Virus record (IMG/VR): IMGVR_UViG_3300014208_000031
Coordinates: 1 to 64,000 of that record
Reading direction: 5' to 3' (one strand)
DNA from: a virus
DNA length: 64,000 bases
A program made the position numbers and the translations under genes. Below the pieces are notes generated by a model. The model had not been told where the DNA came from. It was given only the letters and a program-made list of their open reading frames with translations, and ran no database searches. This document shows, piece after piece, positions 39,472-48,989 of the stretch (its first letter is position 1; every line of letters starts with the position of its first letter).

Positions 39472-39560
39472 GCCTAACTCTTTGAACTGAGCGACGGCGT
39501 GAATAGATATAGCAAAAACCACCGATGTAAAGCGCCGTTCGCTCTAGTGAATGGTTAGAT
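39472..39560 (-). repeat. attC: Resident gene-less attC site (89 bp)
   Basis: Minus strand: R'' ATCTAAC, CATTC, L'' ACTAGAGC, GAACGGCG ... CGCCGTC, L' GCTCAGT, TCAAAGA, R' GTTAGGC. Confidence 0.92.
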
Positions 39561-39568
39561 TAATTTTT

Positions 39569-39597
39569 ATTATAAATTTTTAAATATTAAGTGTAAA
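39569..39597 (-). promoter_or_regulatory. Candidate Pc-like sigma70 promoter reading into attC and the cassette
   Basis: TTTACA-N17-TATAAT on the minus strand; the -35 box overlaps the + strand late motif AGTGTAAA (39590). Confidence 0.5.
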
Positions 39598-39604
39598 TAT
39601 AACT

Positions 39605-40303
39605 ATGAGTCTCAAATATTTAGCTATTTTTATATGTCTAGCTATTTCTTTTACCGGTTGTTCAACTGTTAAAAAAAGACAGACTAAACAAACTTCAATA
39701 TTATCCGCCGCGATAAATGATAGTATAAAAGTCGGGCGATTCGATAGAGCTAAAGAATTTTCTGATCAGTTGGTTAAATTAACTCCGCCTGTTAAAACTA
39801 AAGATAAAATCAAGGTTAATAAATTTCAAACAGTTAGGGTAAATATAGATAAAAAAGGAATATTTACTAAAGAAGAATTAATACCTGATAAGAAATTTAT
39901 AGTTTTGCCAGAAGGCTCTAAAGTAGAAAATGTTATAGTAAAGAACGATGAACAATTTAAACTAATTTTAAATGAAAATCCTAAATTACAAAAAGAAGAG
40001 CTAAAAATAGACGAAGAGCTAAAAAAGTCAGAAGAGAAAGTCAATCAAATTTTAATTGATAAGGAGAATGAATTAGAGAAGTCGCGCGGACAAAATAAAG
40101 GATTTTTCTCGTCAATCTTTGGATTTTTTAAAGGATTATTTGGGTTAGGTTTGATTGGTACAATAATAATTATAATAGCTACGGCATTTTTAGCCCCCGA
40201 ATTTTTACCAGTGATATTTACCGCTATTAAGTGGTTTTTTAAATGGTGTATTAATTTATTTGGTGGTTTGATCAGTGGAATTATGTCTTTTTTTAAAAAG
40301 TAG
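39605..40303 (+). CDS. Lipoprotein with C-terminal TM; candidate unimolecular spanin
   Basis: Signal peptide ending ISFTG|C, coiled coil, hydrophobic C-terminus; first gene of the lysis cluster. Confidence 0.6.
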   Translation: MSLKYLAIFICLAISFTGCSTVKKRQTKQTSILSAAINDSIKVGRFDRAKEFSDQLVKLTPPVKTKDKIKVNKFQTVRVNIDKKGIFTKEELIPDKKFIVLPEGSKVENVIVKNDEQFKLILNENPKLQKEELKIDEELKKSEEKVNQILIDKENELEKSRGQNKGFFSSIFGFFKGLFGLGLIGTIIIIIATAFLAPEFLPVIFTAIKWFFKWCINLFGGLISGIMSFFKK

Positions 40304-40317
40304 TGTAAATATTTATT

Positions 40318-40806
40318 ATGGAAACTACAGAAAAAACAGAAACTACTTCTAGTGAATCATCGGTAAAAATTCCCGAAAATAAAGGAAATCTTCAAGTTCA
40401 CAAAGACTTAAAAACATTTTTATTAAGTAAGAAATTATGGATGAGTGTTTTTGGTTTAAGTGTTTTATGGTTAGCTTACTGGAAACAAGTGAATTACCTT
40501 TATTCATTTAGTGCTTATCCACAAGATATGGCCGCTGTTTTGGTTCCAGCCTATATCGGATTAACTCGCGATTTCATGGTAGCATTTACTGGTGTAGTAA
40601 TGAGTTTTTTGGGTATTGAAGGTTTTGTTAGTTGGAAGCATGGTACTGAAAGTGTTATTAGTCAGGCAACTAGCTTTGTGCAGGAAAAGATTAAGGAAGA
40701 TAGAACTGAGAAAATAGATATAACCGAAAATAAAACTATTACTTATAATAATACTAAAGAAGATGATTATACTCTAGAGGAGCCGACCGAAAAATATGAA
40801 TATTAA
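40318..40806 (+). CDS. Putative holin (2 TM)
   Basis: LLSKKLW followed by two TM helices; adjacent to the endolysin. Confidence 0.6.
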   Translation: METTEKTETTSSESSVKIPENKGNLQVHKDLKTFLLSKKLWMSVFGLSVLWLAYWKQVNYLYSFSAYPQDMAAVLVPAYIGLTRDFMVAFTGVVMSFLGIEGFVSWKHGTESVISQATSFVQEKIKEDRTEKIDITENKTITYNNTKEDDYTLEEPTEKYEY

Positions 40807-41407
40807 TCAAAAAGGTAAGGATTTTATAATAAATTGGGAAACTGGTGGAAAAAATTACTATGAGAAAGTTTATAAGTCAACTTTTATTTGGCCCGAAGGG
40901 GCATCTGGTCCAACTATAGGATTTGGAATTGATTGTGCGTATTATAGTAAAAATGAACTTAAAGAAATATTCTCTCCCTATGTATCCGCCGAAGAATTAA
41001 GTTTAATTTTAGGGGCGCCTGGGAAATCTGGATCGGCGGGACAAGCATATACTAAAAAACTAAAAGGTATTATTATTACTTGGGATGAAGCCAAAGAAAT
41101 TTTTGATAAATTTACTTTACCTAAATTTACTTCTTTAGCTGAGAAGGTATTTCCAGGTGTTAATGATCTATGCGAAAATGCTCAGGCAGCAATTCTTTCT
41201 TTAGTTTTTAATCGGGGGACGGCTTTAGGTGGACAAAGACGTATAGAAATGGCAAATATTAAAAAAATGATTTCAACTAAAAATTATAAGTCTATAGCTA
41301 CAGAATTTCGTAAAATGAAAAGATTGTGGAAAAATAATCCTAATTCAGATAGTGATTTAACGGATAGGCGAGAATCAGAAGCGAAGTTAGTAGAAAGTTG
41401 TATTTAA
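40796..41407 (+). CDS. Endolysin (lysozyme/pesticin-C-like muramidase)
   Basis: WETGG...WPEGASGPTIGFGID, AILSLVFNRG, L..RRESEA. Confidence 0.85.
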   Translation: MNINQKGKDFIINWETGGKNYYEKVYKSTFIWPEGASGPTIGFGIDCAYYSKNELKEIFSPYVSAEELSLILGAPGKSGSAGQAYTKKLKGIIITWDEAKEIFDKFTLPKFTSLAEKVFPGVNDLCENAQAAILSLVFNRGTALGGQRRIEMANIKKMISTKNYKSIATEFRKMKRLWKNNPNSDSDLTDRRESEAKLVESCI

Positions 41408-41411
41408 TAAT

Positions 41412-41651
41412 ATGTTTCAAAAATTTCTAATAGATAATGCAATTAAAATATTTACTACTTTTGTAAGTTTGTTAGTGGCGGCAGGTATTTGGATCGGTCG
41501 GAGCGAAATGGAAGTTTCACATTTTAAAAAAGACCTAGAAGAACAAAAAATTGTTATTAAAAATTATGACCGTTTGATTAACCAACATGAATTTATGGTT
41601 CTTAATCATGATTACAGATTAGATAGATTAGATAATTTGTCAAGAAAATAA
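41412..41651 (+). CDS. Single-TM coiled-coil protein (lysis-associated)
   Basis: N-terminal TM and C-terminal HDYRLDRL coil. Confidence 0.5.
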   Translation: MFQKFLIDNAIKIFTTFVSLLVAAGIWIGRSEMEVSHFKKDLEEQKIVIKNYDRLINQHEFMVLNHDYRLDRLDNLSRK

Positions 41652-41696
41652 TTATTTAAAAATGCATTTTTCTCTGTAACAAGTGTAAATATAAGA

Positions 41697-42794
41697 GTGA
41701 ATATTAGAAAAATTGGATTAACTGTTGTGGAAGAATGTGGACACGGATGGAAAATATGTATTGATTGTGAGGAATTAAAATCATTAGATAATTATAGACC
41801 ATCTGCAAGAAATCAACTTATGCGATTAAAGTATTGCTCTATATGTTTAGAAAAACGTATTTCAAAAGCACAAAAAATAGCCAGAGACAATAGGCGCGGA
41901 TTTTGTGTTTTAGATGGTTACAAATATTGTGGTAGATGTTCTGAAATTAAAAACTTAGACTATTTTAGCGCGTGTAGTGCTCATGAAGACAATAAAAACA
42001 TTTATTGTAAGGGGTGTCTATCTGATATTCGGAAAGAAAATATAGATGTTATTAGAGGTCAACAAAGACAAAGATACAGAAAAGACATAACAGAATCGCG
42101 ACGAAAGAATAATGAATATAAACATAAAATTTCCTCTACTAAGCCCGCGCCAATAGATAAAAAATGTTCTATCTGTCAAGAAACTAAACTTATTAAAGAT
42201 TTTTATAAATGTAAAATGCGGCCCGACGGATATGATGTTAGGTGTAAGAAATGTGAACAAGCTAGAAAAGTAGATTTTCATTCAAAAAATAAAGAAAAAT
42301 TAAACTTAAAAAGTAGAAAATATCAAAAAGAAAACAAACAAAAATTGAACGATAAAATTAAAAATGATCCAGGTAAAAGTTTGGGTCGAAGACTTAGAAG
42401 TAGAATTTGGCACGCTCTTAAAAGAAACTCTGAAATCAAAGAAGAAAGAACTAGAGAATTAACTGGTTGTAATATAGAATTTTTACGAAAACATTTGGAA
42501 TATAAATTTCAATTAAGATATAAACATGAATTAGATTGGGATAAATTTATTAAGACGGCTGATTATGAAGTTGACCATATAATTCCTTGCGAAGCTTTTG
42601 ATTTGCACAATAAAGAGGCTCAAAAATTTTGCTTTCATTATTCTAATTTAGAAATCTTGTTAGCTGATGAAAATTACGATAAATCTGATTTCTTATTTGG
42701 TATAAGGGCGCGGCATATGGAAGAAAAATTAAACGGATCAGAAGACTGGCTCAAACTAAAAGATTGGAATCAAAATATAATTAAGTGTAAATAA
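41697..42794 (+). CDS. HNH-type homing endonuclease with three CxxC..CxxC Zn-finger repeats
   Basis: K.C..C.E.K repeats; EVDHIIPC...FHYSNL...EN..K. Confidence 0.8.
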   Translation: MNIRKIGLTVVEECGHGWKICIDCEELKSLDNYRPSARNQLMRLKYCSICLEKRISKAQKIARDNRRGFCVLDGYKYCGRCSEIKNLDYFSACSAHEDNKNIYCKGCLSDIRKENIDVIRGQQRQRYRKDITESRRKNNEYKHKISSTKPAPIDKKCSICQETKLIKDFYKCKMRPDGYDVRCKKCEQARKVDFHSKNKEKLNLKSRKYQKENKQKLNDKIKNDPGKSLGRRLRSRIWHALKRNSEIKEERTRELTGCNIEFLRKHLEYKFQLRYKHELDWDKFIKTADYEVDHIIPCEAFDLHNKEAQKFCFHYSNLEILLADENYDKSDFLFGIRARHMEEKLNGSEDWLKLKDWNQNIIKCK

Positions 42795-42797
42795 AAC

Positions 42798-44591
42798 ATG
42801 GACATTTCTAAATTTAAGTATCGTGCCTCATTTTCCTCTGTAATTAAAACAATAATTCCGGCGGAATACGATAAGTTTTTAGCTACTGCAAGTTTAAAGT
42901 CTTTACATGGCGTATTCCCGCCCGGACTAAATCCAGAAGATAGTCCTGATTTATTATATGTTGTAGCTAATGGGGCCGTTGGAAATCTTTGTAATAAAAA
43001 TGCGGACTGCATATCTAATGCCGATATTGTTAAGATTGCTCCATTTTCTATAAATAAATATCTAACCGTTGAACATAAAAGAACTGAGGGGGCGGTTGGA
43101 GCTATATCTAACTTTGGATTTTCTAAATATGGGTCTAATGAATTAATGACAGCAGAAGAAGCTATAGCATCAAATGATCCTGTGAATTGGGTTGTCGGCG
43201 GATTCATTTGGAAAATTCTTGATGAAAATTTAGCTAATTTAGTTATAGAATCTAGTGATGAAAATTCATTAAGGAGTAATACGGTGTCTTATTCGTGGGA
43301 AGTCCTTTTTTCAGATTATCATATTATGGTTGGTAGTCAAAATTTAAGTGAAGCCAAAATTATTACCGATAAAGACGAGATAGAAAAATTAAATCCATGT
43401 CTTAGAGCAAATAATGGTTCCGGTTTTAATCAAACCAAAGAACCTATCTATCGTTTAATTGTTGGTGAAATGCTTCCAGTTGGATTCTCTCTGACGAAAA
43501 ATCCGGCGGCCCATGTACAGGGAGTTTCTGTTTTAGAAGATAAGCCTACCCCGAAACAACAAGAAGAAATAATTATAAATTTAAAAGCTAATGAAAATTT
43601 AGTAACTTGCGCCGCATGTAATAAACCTTTTGATTATAATAGTGTTAGCGAAAGTTCAATGGGTGCGGTTCATTGTCCAAATTGTGATTGTACTTTAGAT
43701 CAAGAAGGAAAAGTTTTAAAAGCCTCGGATTCACAAACTAATATTATAGAGTCTTTAACTATAGAATTAGCCGTAGCGAAAGAAAAATTAGATAAATTTG
43801 AACAAAATGATAAAAATATTTCACTTTCTCAAAAAAATAGTGTAAATGATAATATCAAGAAAAATCCTGATAATGATTTAACGTCAAAAAACAAAATAAA
43901 ATCAAACAAAATGATCAAACTAAAATTTAACGATAGTGATAAAGAAGTTCTAGAAACCGCGGCTTCTACCGATGTGTATGAAATTGCTAAAGAACTTAAT
44001 AAGAAAATGACTGAGTATTCCGCCGAGCTTGATGTAAAAGCCGCCGAAGCTAAAACCGCGCAGGAAGCCTCCGCCAAACTTAAAGAAGATAGCGCCGCGT
44101 TAGCTGCTGATCTTGAAAAAGTTAAATTAGAACTAAAAAATCTTAATGAAGTCCGCGCACAAGAAAAAGTCCAAGCTGATTTTAGTGTTCGTATGGCCGA
44201 CCTCAATGAGAAATTTGAACTGGACGCTGATAAATCCAAATCCATCGCCGCGGACATTCGTGGTCTCGACGATGAAAGTTTCGCTTCGTGGCTTGCTAAA
44301 ATGCAGCCGTTCTTAGTTGCTAAGAAATTTGTTCCGTTTGAAAAGAAAGGCGATAAGGTTGACGATTCTGAGCCTGATGAAGATGGTGATGACGAGGAAA
44401 TGAAAAAAGAGAAGAAAGCTAAGGCTAAAAAAGAATGTAAGGCTTCAATCCTCGAACAAATTGCCGATCTAAAACCTTTTGGCGAAAAGATTGTTAATAA
44501 AGTCGCCGAAGGAACAAAATCGGTGGCAGACTTATTTGCTGAAGCTTTCGCAGACCTAAGCGAAGATAAAGAAAAAAATAAAGCTAAATAA
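42798..44591 (+). CDS. Probable prohead protease-scaffold fusion
   Basis: NKNAD, VEH, SYSWE, L(T)KNPA motifs; coiled-coil acidic C-terminus; two genes upstream of the MCP. Confidence 0.7.
   Translation: MDISKFKYRASFSSVIKTIIPAEYDKFLATASLKSLHGVFPPGLNPEDSPDLLYVVANGAVGNLCNKNADCISNADIVKIAPFSINKYLTVEHKRTEGAVGAISNFGFSKYGSNELMTAEEAIASNDPVNWVVGGFIWKILDENLANLVIESSDENSLRSNTVSYSWEVLFSDYHIMVGSQNLSEAKIITDKDEIEKLNPCLRANNGSGFNQTKEPIYRLIVGEMLPVGFSLTKNPAAHVQGVSVLEDKPTPKQQEEIIINLKANENLVTCAACNKPFDYNSVSESSMGAVHCPNCDCTLDQEGKVLKASDSQTNIIESLTIELAVAKEKLDKFEQNDKNISLSQKNSVNDNIKKNPDNDLTSKNKIKSNKMIKLKFNDSDKEVLETAASTDVYEIAKELNKKMTEYSAELDVKAAEAKTAQEASAKLKEDSAALAADLEKVKLELKNLNEVRAQEKVQADFSVRMADLNEKFELDADKSKSIAADIRGLDDESFASWLAKMQPFLVAKKFVPFEKKGDKVDDSEPDEDGDDEEMKKEKKAKAKKECKASILEQIADLKPFGEKIVNKVAEGTKSVADLFAEAFADLSEDKEKNKAK
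43911..44591 (+). CDS. Nested in-frame scaffold protein (226 aa)
   Basis: Internal full late promoter at 43819-43846, A-rich leader and in-frame ATG 43911. Confidence 0.65.
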   Translation: MIKLKFNDSDKEVLETAASTDVYEIAKELNKKMTEYSAELDVKAAEAKTAQEASAKLKEDSAALAADLEKVKLELKNLNEVRAQEKVQADFSVRMADLNEKFELDADKSKSIAADIRGLDDESFASWLAKMQPFLVAKKFVPFEKKGDKVDDSEPDEDGDDEEMKKEKKAKAKKECKASILEQIADLKPFGEKIVNKVAEGTKSVADLFAEAFADLSEDKEKNKAK

Positions 44592-44721
44592 TTTTAAAAT
44601 AATAATTTAAATAAATTTCATAAAAACAAAAAATTAGTGTAATATAAATATAACTAGTAATAACTAACAAAATTTTTAAACAAAAAAATCAAAGATCAAC
44701 AAATAAGAAAAAAACAATAAT

Positions 44722-45312
44722 ATGGCTACCCAAACAAATCTAACTAAGATCAGAGTCTACGAGGAACATGAAGTAATCAATCTGTATTCTACAATTGAAG
44801 GCGACCTCCCTAAAGGTGCAATTCTTGAATATGTTACTGCTGACCCCGATAATCATAACGGTTTTGGAGTGTCCTTTGGGAATGTTCCTAGTTATGCGAT
44901 TTCTAAAGATTATGTAGTTAATTGGAAGGTTCAGGCTGCGCCCGCCTATTCTAAGAAAATTGCCGGTATTCTTCTCGACACCGTTGTAACTAACCTAACT
45001 GATCCTTGGACTCTTGATGCTCGTTTTGCCGATCCCGCTAAACTCGCCGAAAAACAACTAGTTCCTTCTGGCCGCGCAATCCGATTCGTTTCTCGTGGAT
45101 ATTTTGAAGTTAGTGGTATTGATATGAGTTCTGGCTCGGCTGGCCCCGGCCCCGGTTCAGGTGTTTATCTTTCTCATTCTGGTAATGGTACTATTGCGGT
45201 GGGAAATCCCGCTGGTGACATTGGTGATCTTCGCCCTCGCATTGGAACTTGGATGACATCCACCGGAGCAAACGGTTCAGCAACCTTTAAACTATCAGTT
45301 CCTAATAACTAA
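44722..45312 (+). CDS. Probable head decoration/cement protein
   Basis: Between the scaffold and MCP; beta-rich with AGILL..V motif; T-ending codon bias like the MCP. Confidence 0.55.
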   Translation: MATQTNLTKIRVYEEHEVINLYSTIEGDLPKGAILEYVTADPDNHNGFGVSFGNVPSYAISKDYVVNWKVQAAPAYSKKIAGILLDTVVTNLTDPWTLDARFADPAKLAEKQLVPSGRAIRFVSRGYFEVSGIDMSSGSAGPGPGSGVYLSHSGNGTIAVGNPAGDIGDLRPRIGTWMTSTGANGSATFKLSVPNN

Positions 45313-45354
45313 GTTTTAACAAATTAGACAATAATTAAATAGAATAAAAATAAT

Positions 45355-46452
45355 ATGAGAAAAAAACAATTTACAATTGAACGTAATCCCAAAAGAGTTG
45401 AAATGATGAAACTCATGGCGAGTGATGATATGAATGTAGCTTATCAAGCACAAACTGCTATGGCTAAGTTCATGCGTGAATTCGTCCAACGTTTATTTGA
45501 TCAGAAAAGCACTATTTCCGGTATTTTCCGTAAGGAATATATGGCGAAAGGCGCTCCACAAACTATTTTGGTTGATCCTTACGAGGGATACGCCGAAAAA
45601 GATTTTCATGTGTGGTCAATTACAAAACCCGGCGGACTAACTTCACAAACCGTTGAAGGTCTTAGTGAATATCCTTTTGGTTATTTTAATTTAGATTCTG
45701 CTTTATATTTTGAGAAAGATTATATTGAACAGGCGCGACTTGATCTCTTAGCCAAGGGAATAAATCGTGTTGTCCAAGAGTTTGTAGCTATAGAAGAACG
45801 TTTGGGTTGGACTATGATTCTAACCGCTCTAGCCGCCGGAACTAACACAAATGGTCAAAACCATGTTATTAATTCTAATACTGCTGGTGTGTTTCAGATT
45901 GATGATTTCACCCGTCTTAAAACTTTAATTACTAGATTATATCAATCTTTTGCTTCTGGATCAATTGCCGGAGATTACGGTTTAACTGATTTATACATGT
46001 CGCCCGAACGTATGGCCGATCTTACTAGAATGTCATATAATCCTATGAATACTTATGGTATTCCTAACAGTGACGAGTCCACTTCGTTAGGTTTACCTGA
46101 TAAGATTCGCGAAGAGATTTTCCGCGCTTCAGGAACTAAAGAAATGTGGGGAGTTGAGTTTCATGAACTTCGTGAATTAGGTTTGGGTCGCAAACTAAAT
46201 GTTATTTTTGATGGAGTATCAACAAATACTCCCACTTACAATAATGCCACCCAAGACCTAATGATAGGTATGGATTTAAGTCAAGATGTAGCAATCAGCC
46301 CAGTTGAATCTGGCGACAGTGGAGAAACCGTGAAAGTAGCTGTAGATAATCAGTACTTTTATAATCGTCAAAATAAAGCCGGGTGGTTTTTTACACGTCG
46401 AAATGGTTATGCGGTAATTGATAACCGCTGGTTATGTGGACTAATTGTTTAA
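45355..46452 (+). CDS. Major capsid protein
   Basis: 365 aa after protease and decoration genes, followed by a terminator; HK97-like end pattern (AGWF..R.GYAVID). Confidence 0.8.
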   Translation: MRKKQFTIERNPKRVEMMKLMASDDMNVAYQAQTAMAKFMREFVQRLFDQKSTISGIFRKEYMAKGAPQTILVDPYEGYAEKDFHVWSITKPGGLTSQTVEGLSEYPFGYFNLDSALYFEKDYIEQARLDLLAKGINRVVQEFVAIEERLGWTMILTALAAGTNTNGQNHVINSNTAGVFQIDDFTRLKTLITRLYQSFASGSIAGDYGLTDLYMSPERMADLTRMSYNPMNTYGIPNSDESTSLGLPDKIREEIFRASGTKEMWGVEFHELRELGLGRKLNVIFDGVSTNTPTYNNATQDLMIGMDLSQDVAISPVESGDSGETVKVAVDNQYFYNRQNKAGWFFTRRNGYAVIDNRWLCGLIV

Positions 46453-46475
46453 TTAGTAAATAATACTAACAAATT

Positions 46476-46500
46476 AACGCTCTTAATTGAGTGTTTTTTT
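46476..46500 (+). terminator. Intrinsic terminator after the MCP
   Basis: AACGCTC-TTAATT-GAGTGTT followed by a T-tract. Confidence 0.7.
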
Positions 46501-46564
46501 GTGAGTAAAAATGTCTGGAAAAGGATATAAAGTTAAGGATACTTGATTGATATAAAATAAAACT

Positions 46565-48286
46565 ATGATACAAAAAGAAAAAACATTAGAAAAGTTTGGG
46601 GTCAATACGGATAATCTTCTAGACGGAAGCCATAAAAGAATCATTATAAAATGTGATTATTGCGGGGATGATACCGAAAATACCTATAAAAATTATATGA
46701 TAAGTAAAAAAAATACAGTAATAAATAAAGATTGTTGTATGAAATGTCGTGGATTAAAAGCAAAAGAGTGTAACGCCGCGCGAGATAGAACTGAAGCTGT
46801 ACAAAAGGGTAACAAACAAAGAGAGGAAACTTGTTTAGAAAAATATGGTAAAAAACATGCCAATCAGACACTAGAAATAAGAGATAAAATGGCAGAATCT
46901 CTTCGTAATAGAACACCGGAAGAAAAAGAAATTAGCAATATAAAACGCAAACAAACTTTTTTAGACAAGTATGGTAAAACTTTTGGGGAAATGTTAAAGG
47001 ATATATTTCTAGAAAAATATGGAGTTAATTATTGTCCACTTGCTCATTCGCCAGATGCTAATAAAAAACGAGAAGACACTATGTTAAAACTATATGGAGT
47101 AAAAAATATTTTTGAACTCCCGGAAATTCAAGAACAGATTAAAAAAACCTGTCTGGAGAGATATGGTTTTGAATATCATATGCAAAGAGATGAATTTAGA
47201 GAGTTGATGTCTAAAGAAGGATTTGGTTGGAATACTGAAGAATCCAGAAAAAAAATTAAAGAGACTAACTTAAAAACGTATGGATTTGAATACGCCACAC
47301 AAAACAAAGAAATTCAAGATAAAATAATTAAAACTAAAATAGAACGTGGATTTATTAACTTTGTTGAAGGCAAAACAGATCAACAATGGGCGGACGAAAC
47401 AGGAATTTCCAGAACTTATGCTAATGTATTATTAAGAAAATATGGTTCTCAGGCATTATTAAATTTTGAACGCGGTAGAACAAGTATAGAAACAATTATT
47501 AAATATATTTTAGACAATAATAATATTAAATATAAAGAACAGGAGATTTTTGTCAATGATGATAAAACTGGACATAAGCGCGCGGATTTTGTAATTGAGG
47601 ATACCAATCTAATTATTGAAGCAAATGGAACATTTTGGCATTCTGAAAACATAAGGGGTAAAACATATCATAAAGAGAAGAGAGAATTTTACTTAAAAGG
47701 GGGATACAATTGTTTATTTTTTAACGAAGATGAAATAATGTTTAAGTCACAAATTGTTGAATCAATTATTTTAAATAAATTAGGATTGACCAAAAATAAA
47801 ATAGCCGCTCGAAAGTGTCAGATTAGAGAAATTGAACCTTCAATATCTAGAGAATTTTATACAGAAAATCATTTAATGGGTAAAAGTTCTGGACGGACTT
47901 TCGGTTTATTCTATAAAGATAAATTAGTTTCTTGTATCCAATTAAGAAAAAAACAGGACGGTTATGAAATAGCAAGATTTTGTAATTTATTAAATTATAG
48001 TGTAATTGGAGGGTTTTCCAGATTATTGTCTTGTGCTGTCAAAGAACTCAACGCGAAAAAAATTATTACATTTATTGATTTAAGATACGGATCAGGAAAC
48101 TATTTACCAATTTTAGGGTTTGAGAAGCAGACGGAATATTTATCTTTTAGGTGGGTTGGTTATATTGAGACTTTTCATAGAATGCAGTTTCCCGGAAATA
48201 CAGGATTAGCAAAAGGTTACAAAAAAATATGGGACTGTGGACAGGCAAAATGGGTTAAATACATAAATTCAAAATCAAGTATATAG
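46565..48286 (+). CDS. Free-standing endonuclease with (K/R)YG repeats, PD-(D/E)XK/DUF559-like core and Hef-like C-terminus
   Basis: T.L.KYG repeats; RADF...IIEANGTFWH; IAARKC..ENHL.G..ARFC..GGFSRLL..DLRY..IWDCG. Confidence 0.7.
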   Translation: MIQKEKTLEKFGVNTDNLLDGSHKRIIIKCDYCGDDTENTYKNYMISKKNTVINKDCCMKCRGLKAKECNAARDRTEAVQKGNKQREETCLEKYGKKHANQTLEIRDKMAESLRNRTPEEKEISNIKRKQTFLDKYGKTFGEMLKDIFLEKYGVNYCPLAHSPDANKKREDTMLKLYGVKNIFELPEIQEQIKKTCLERYGFEYHMQRDEFRELMSKEGFGWNTEESRKKIKETNLKTYGFEYATQNKEIQDKIIKTKIERGFINFVEGKTDQQWADETGISRTYANVLLRKYGSQALLNFERGRTSIETIIKYILDNNNIKYKEQEIFVNDDKTGHKRADFVIEDTNLIIEANGTFWHSENIRGKTYHKEKREFYLKGGYNCLFFNEDEIMFKSQIVESIILNKLGLTKNKIAARKCQIREIEPSISREFYTENHLMGKSSGRTFGLFYKDKLVSCIQLRKKQDGYEIARFCNLLNYSVIGGFSRLLSCAVKELNAKKIITFIDLRYGSGNYLPILGFEKQTEYLSFRWVGYIETFHRMQFPGNTGLAKGYKKIWDCGQAKWVKYINSKSSI

Positions 48287-48302
48287 TATTAGAAACAACA
48301 AT

Positions 48303-48593
48303 ATGAAAACAAAAAAAATAAAAGTAGAGCCAATTACGAACGTAATCACCAATATTAAATCTATTGATGCTCTTTGGGGTATTAACACGTCTAAATATCG
48401 AGGAAAAGATTTGCAAGAATATACTAATTATATTAGTCAATTAACCAATTTTGGGCTAGAAAATCACGCAAGAGAATTAAATCTTACTTATTTACTTGAT
48501 CGCCAATCTATTATTGATGAATTAATTAAATTATACAAAAAAGACACAAATTCTCGAAATATCCCTAAAGATAAAAATATACAATCTATTTAG
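48303..48593 (+). CDS. Small helical protein, paralogue of 50015-50266
   Basis: Shared Y...I..(L/M)....L..HA.E.......R.S(I/L)I..LIK.(Y/F)K. Confidence 0.6.
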   Translation: MKTKKIKVEPITNVITNIKSIDALWGINTSKYRGKDLQEYTNYISQLTNFGLENHARELNLTYLLDRQSIIDELIKLYKKDTNSRNIPKDKNIQSI

Positions 48594-48686
48594 TTTAAAT
48601 AATTTTTCACTTTCTCCTAAAAATAGTGTAAAGTATATTGACAATTTAACAAAAGCAATTAAAATAAATAGAAAGAATTAAACAAA

Positions 48687-48989
48687 ATGGCACAGAAAAA
48701 AGAATTTAGATGGTTATCGACCGCGCCAACTGGCTCTCCTACTGGTATATCCACGCTTTATGCCGATACGTCTGGTATATTAAAAGTGGTGCGTCCCGGC
48801 GGCGATGTAGTCACCGTTGGTGGAGTATTTCAAAATATATTATCAGGTAATTTTCCCGGACAGCTAGGCACTTTCGTTACCGGACTTCAACCGTCAGTAA
48901 CCGGAAGTCTTGGAAGCACTAAGACATTTTTTGTCGTAACTGGGCCGAGCGGCGGTTCATATGCTCTGCCCGCTTACGCGATAGTCTAA
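48687..48989 (+). CDS. Small virion structural protein
   Basis: Full late promoter at 48605-48632 and terminator at 49001-49027; G/T/S-rich. Confidence 0.6.
   Translation: MAQKKEFRWLSTAPTGSPTGISTLYADTSGILKVVRPGGDVVTVGGVFQNILSGNFPGQLGTFVTGLQPSVTGSLGSTKTFFVVTGPSGGSYALPAYAIV

Larger units (their letters stand above)
38002..39477 (-). mobile_element. Integron gene cassette (1,476 bp, three ORFs)
   Basis: Bounded by G|TT crossover points. Its 5' end (TTAGGC) complements its own R'' (GCCTAAC). GC is higher than the flanks and genes run opposite to the late module. Confidence 0.88.
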
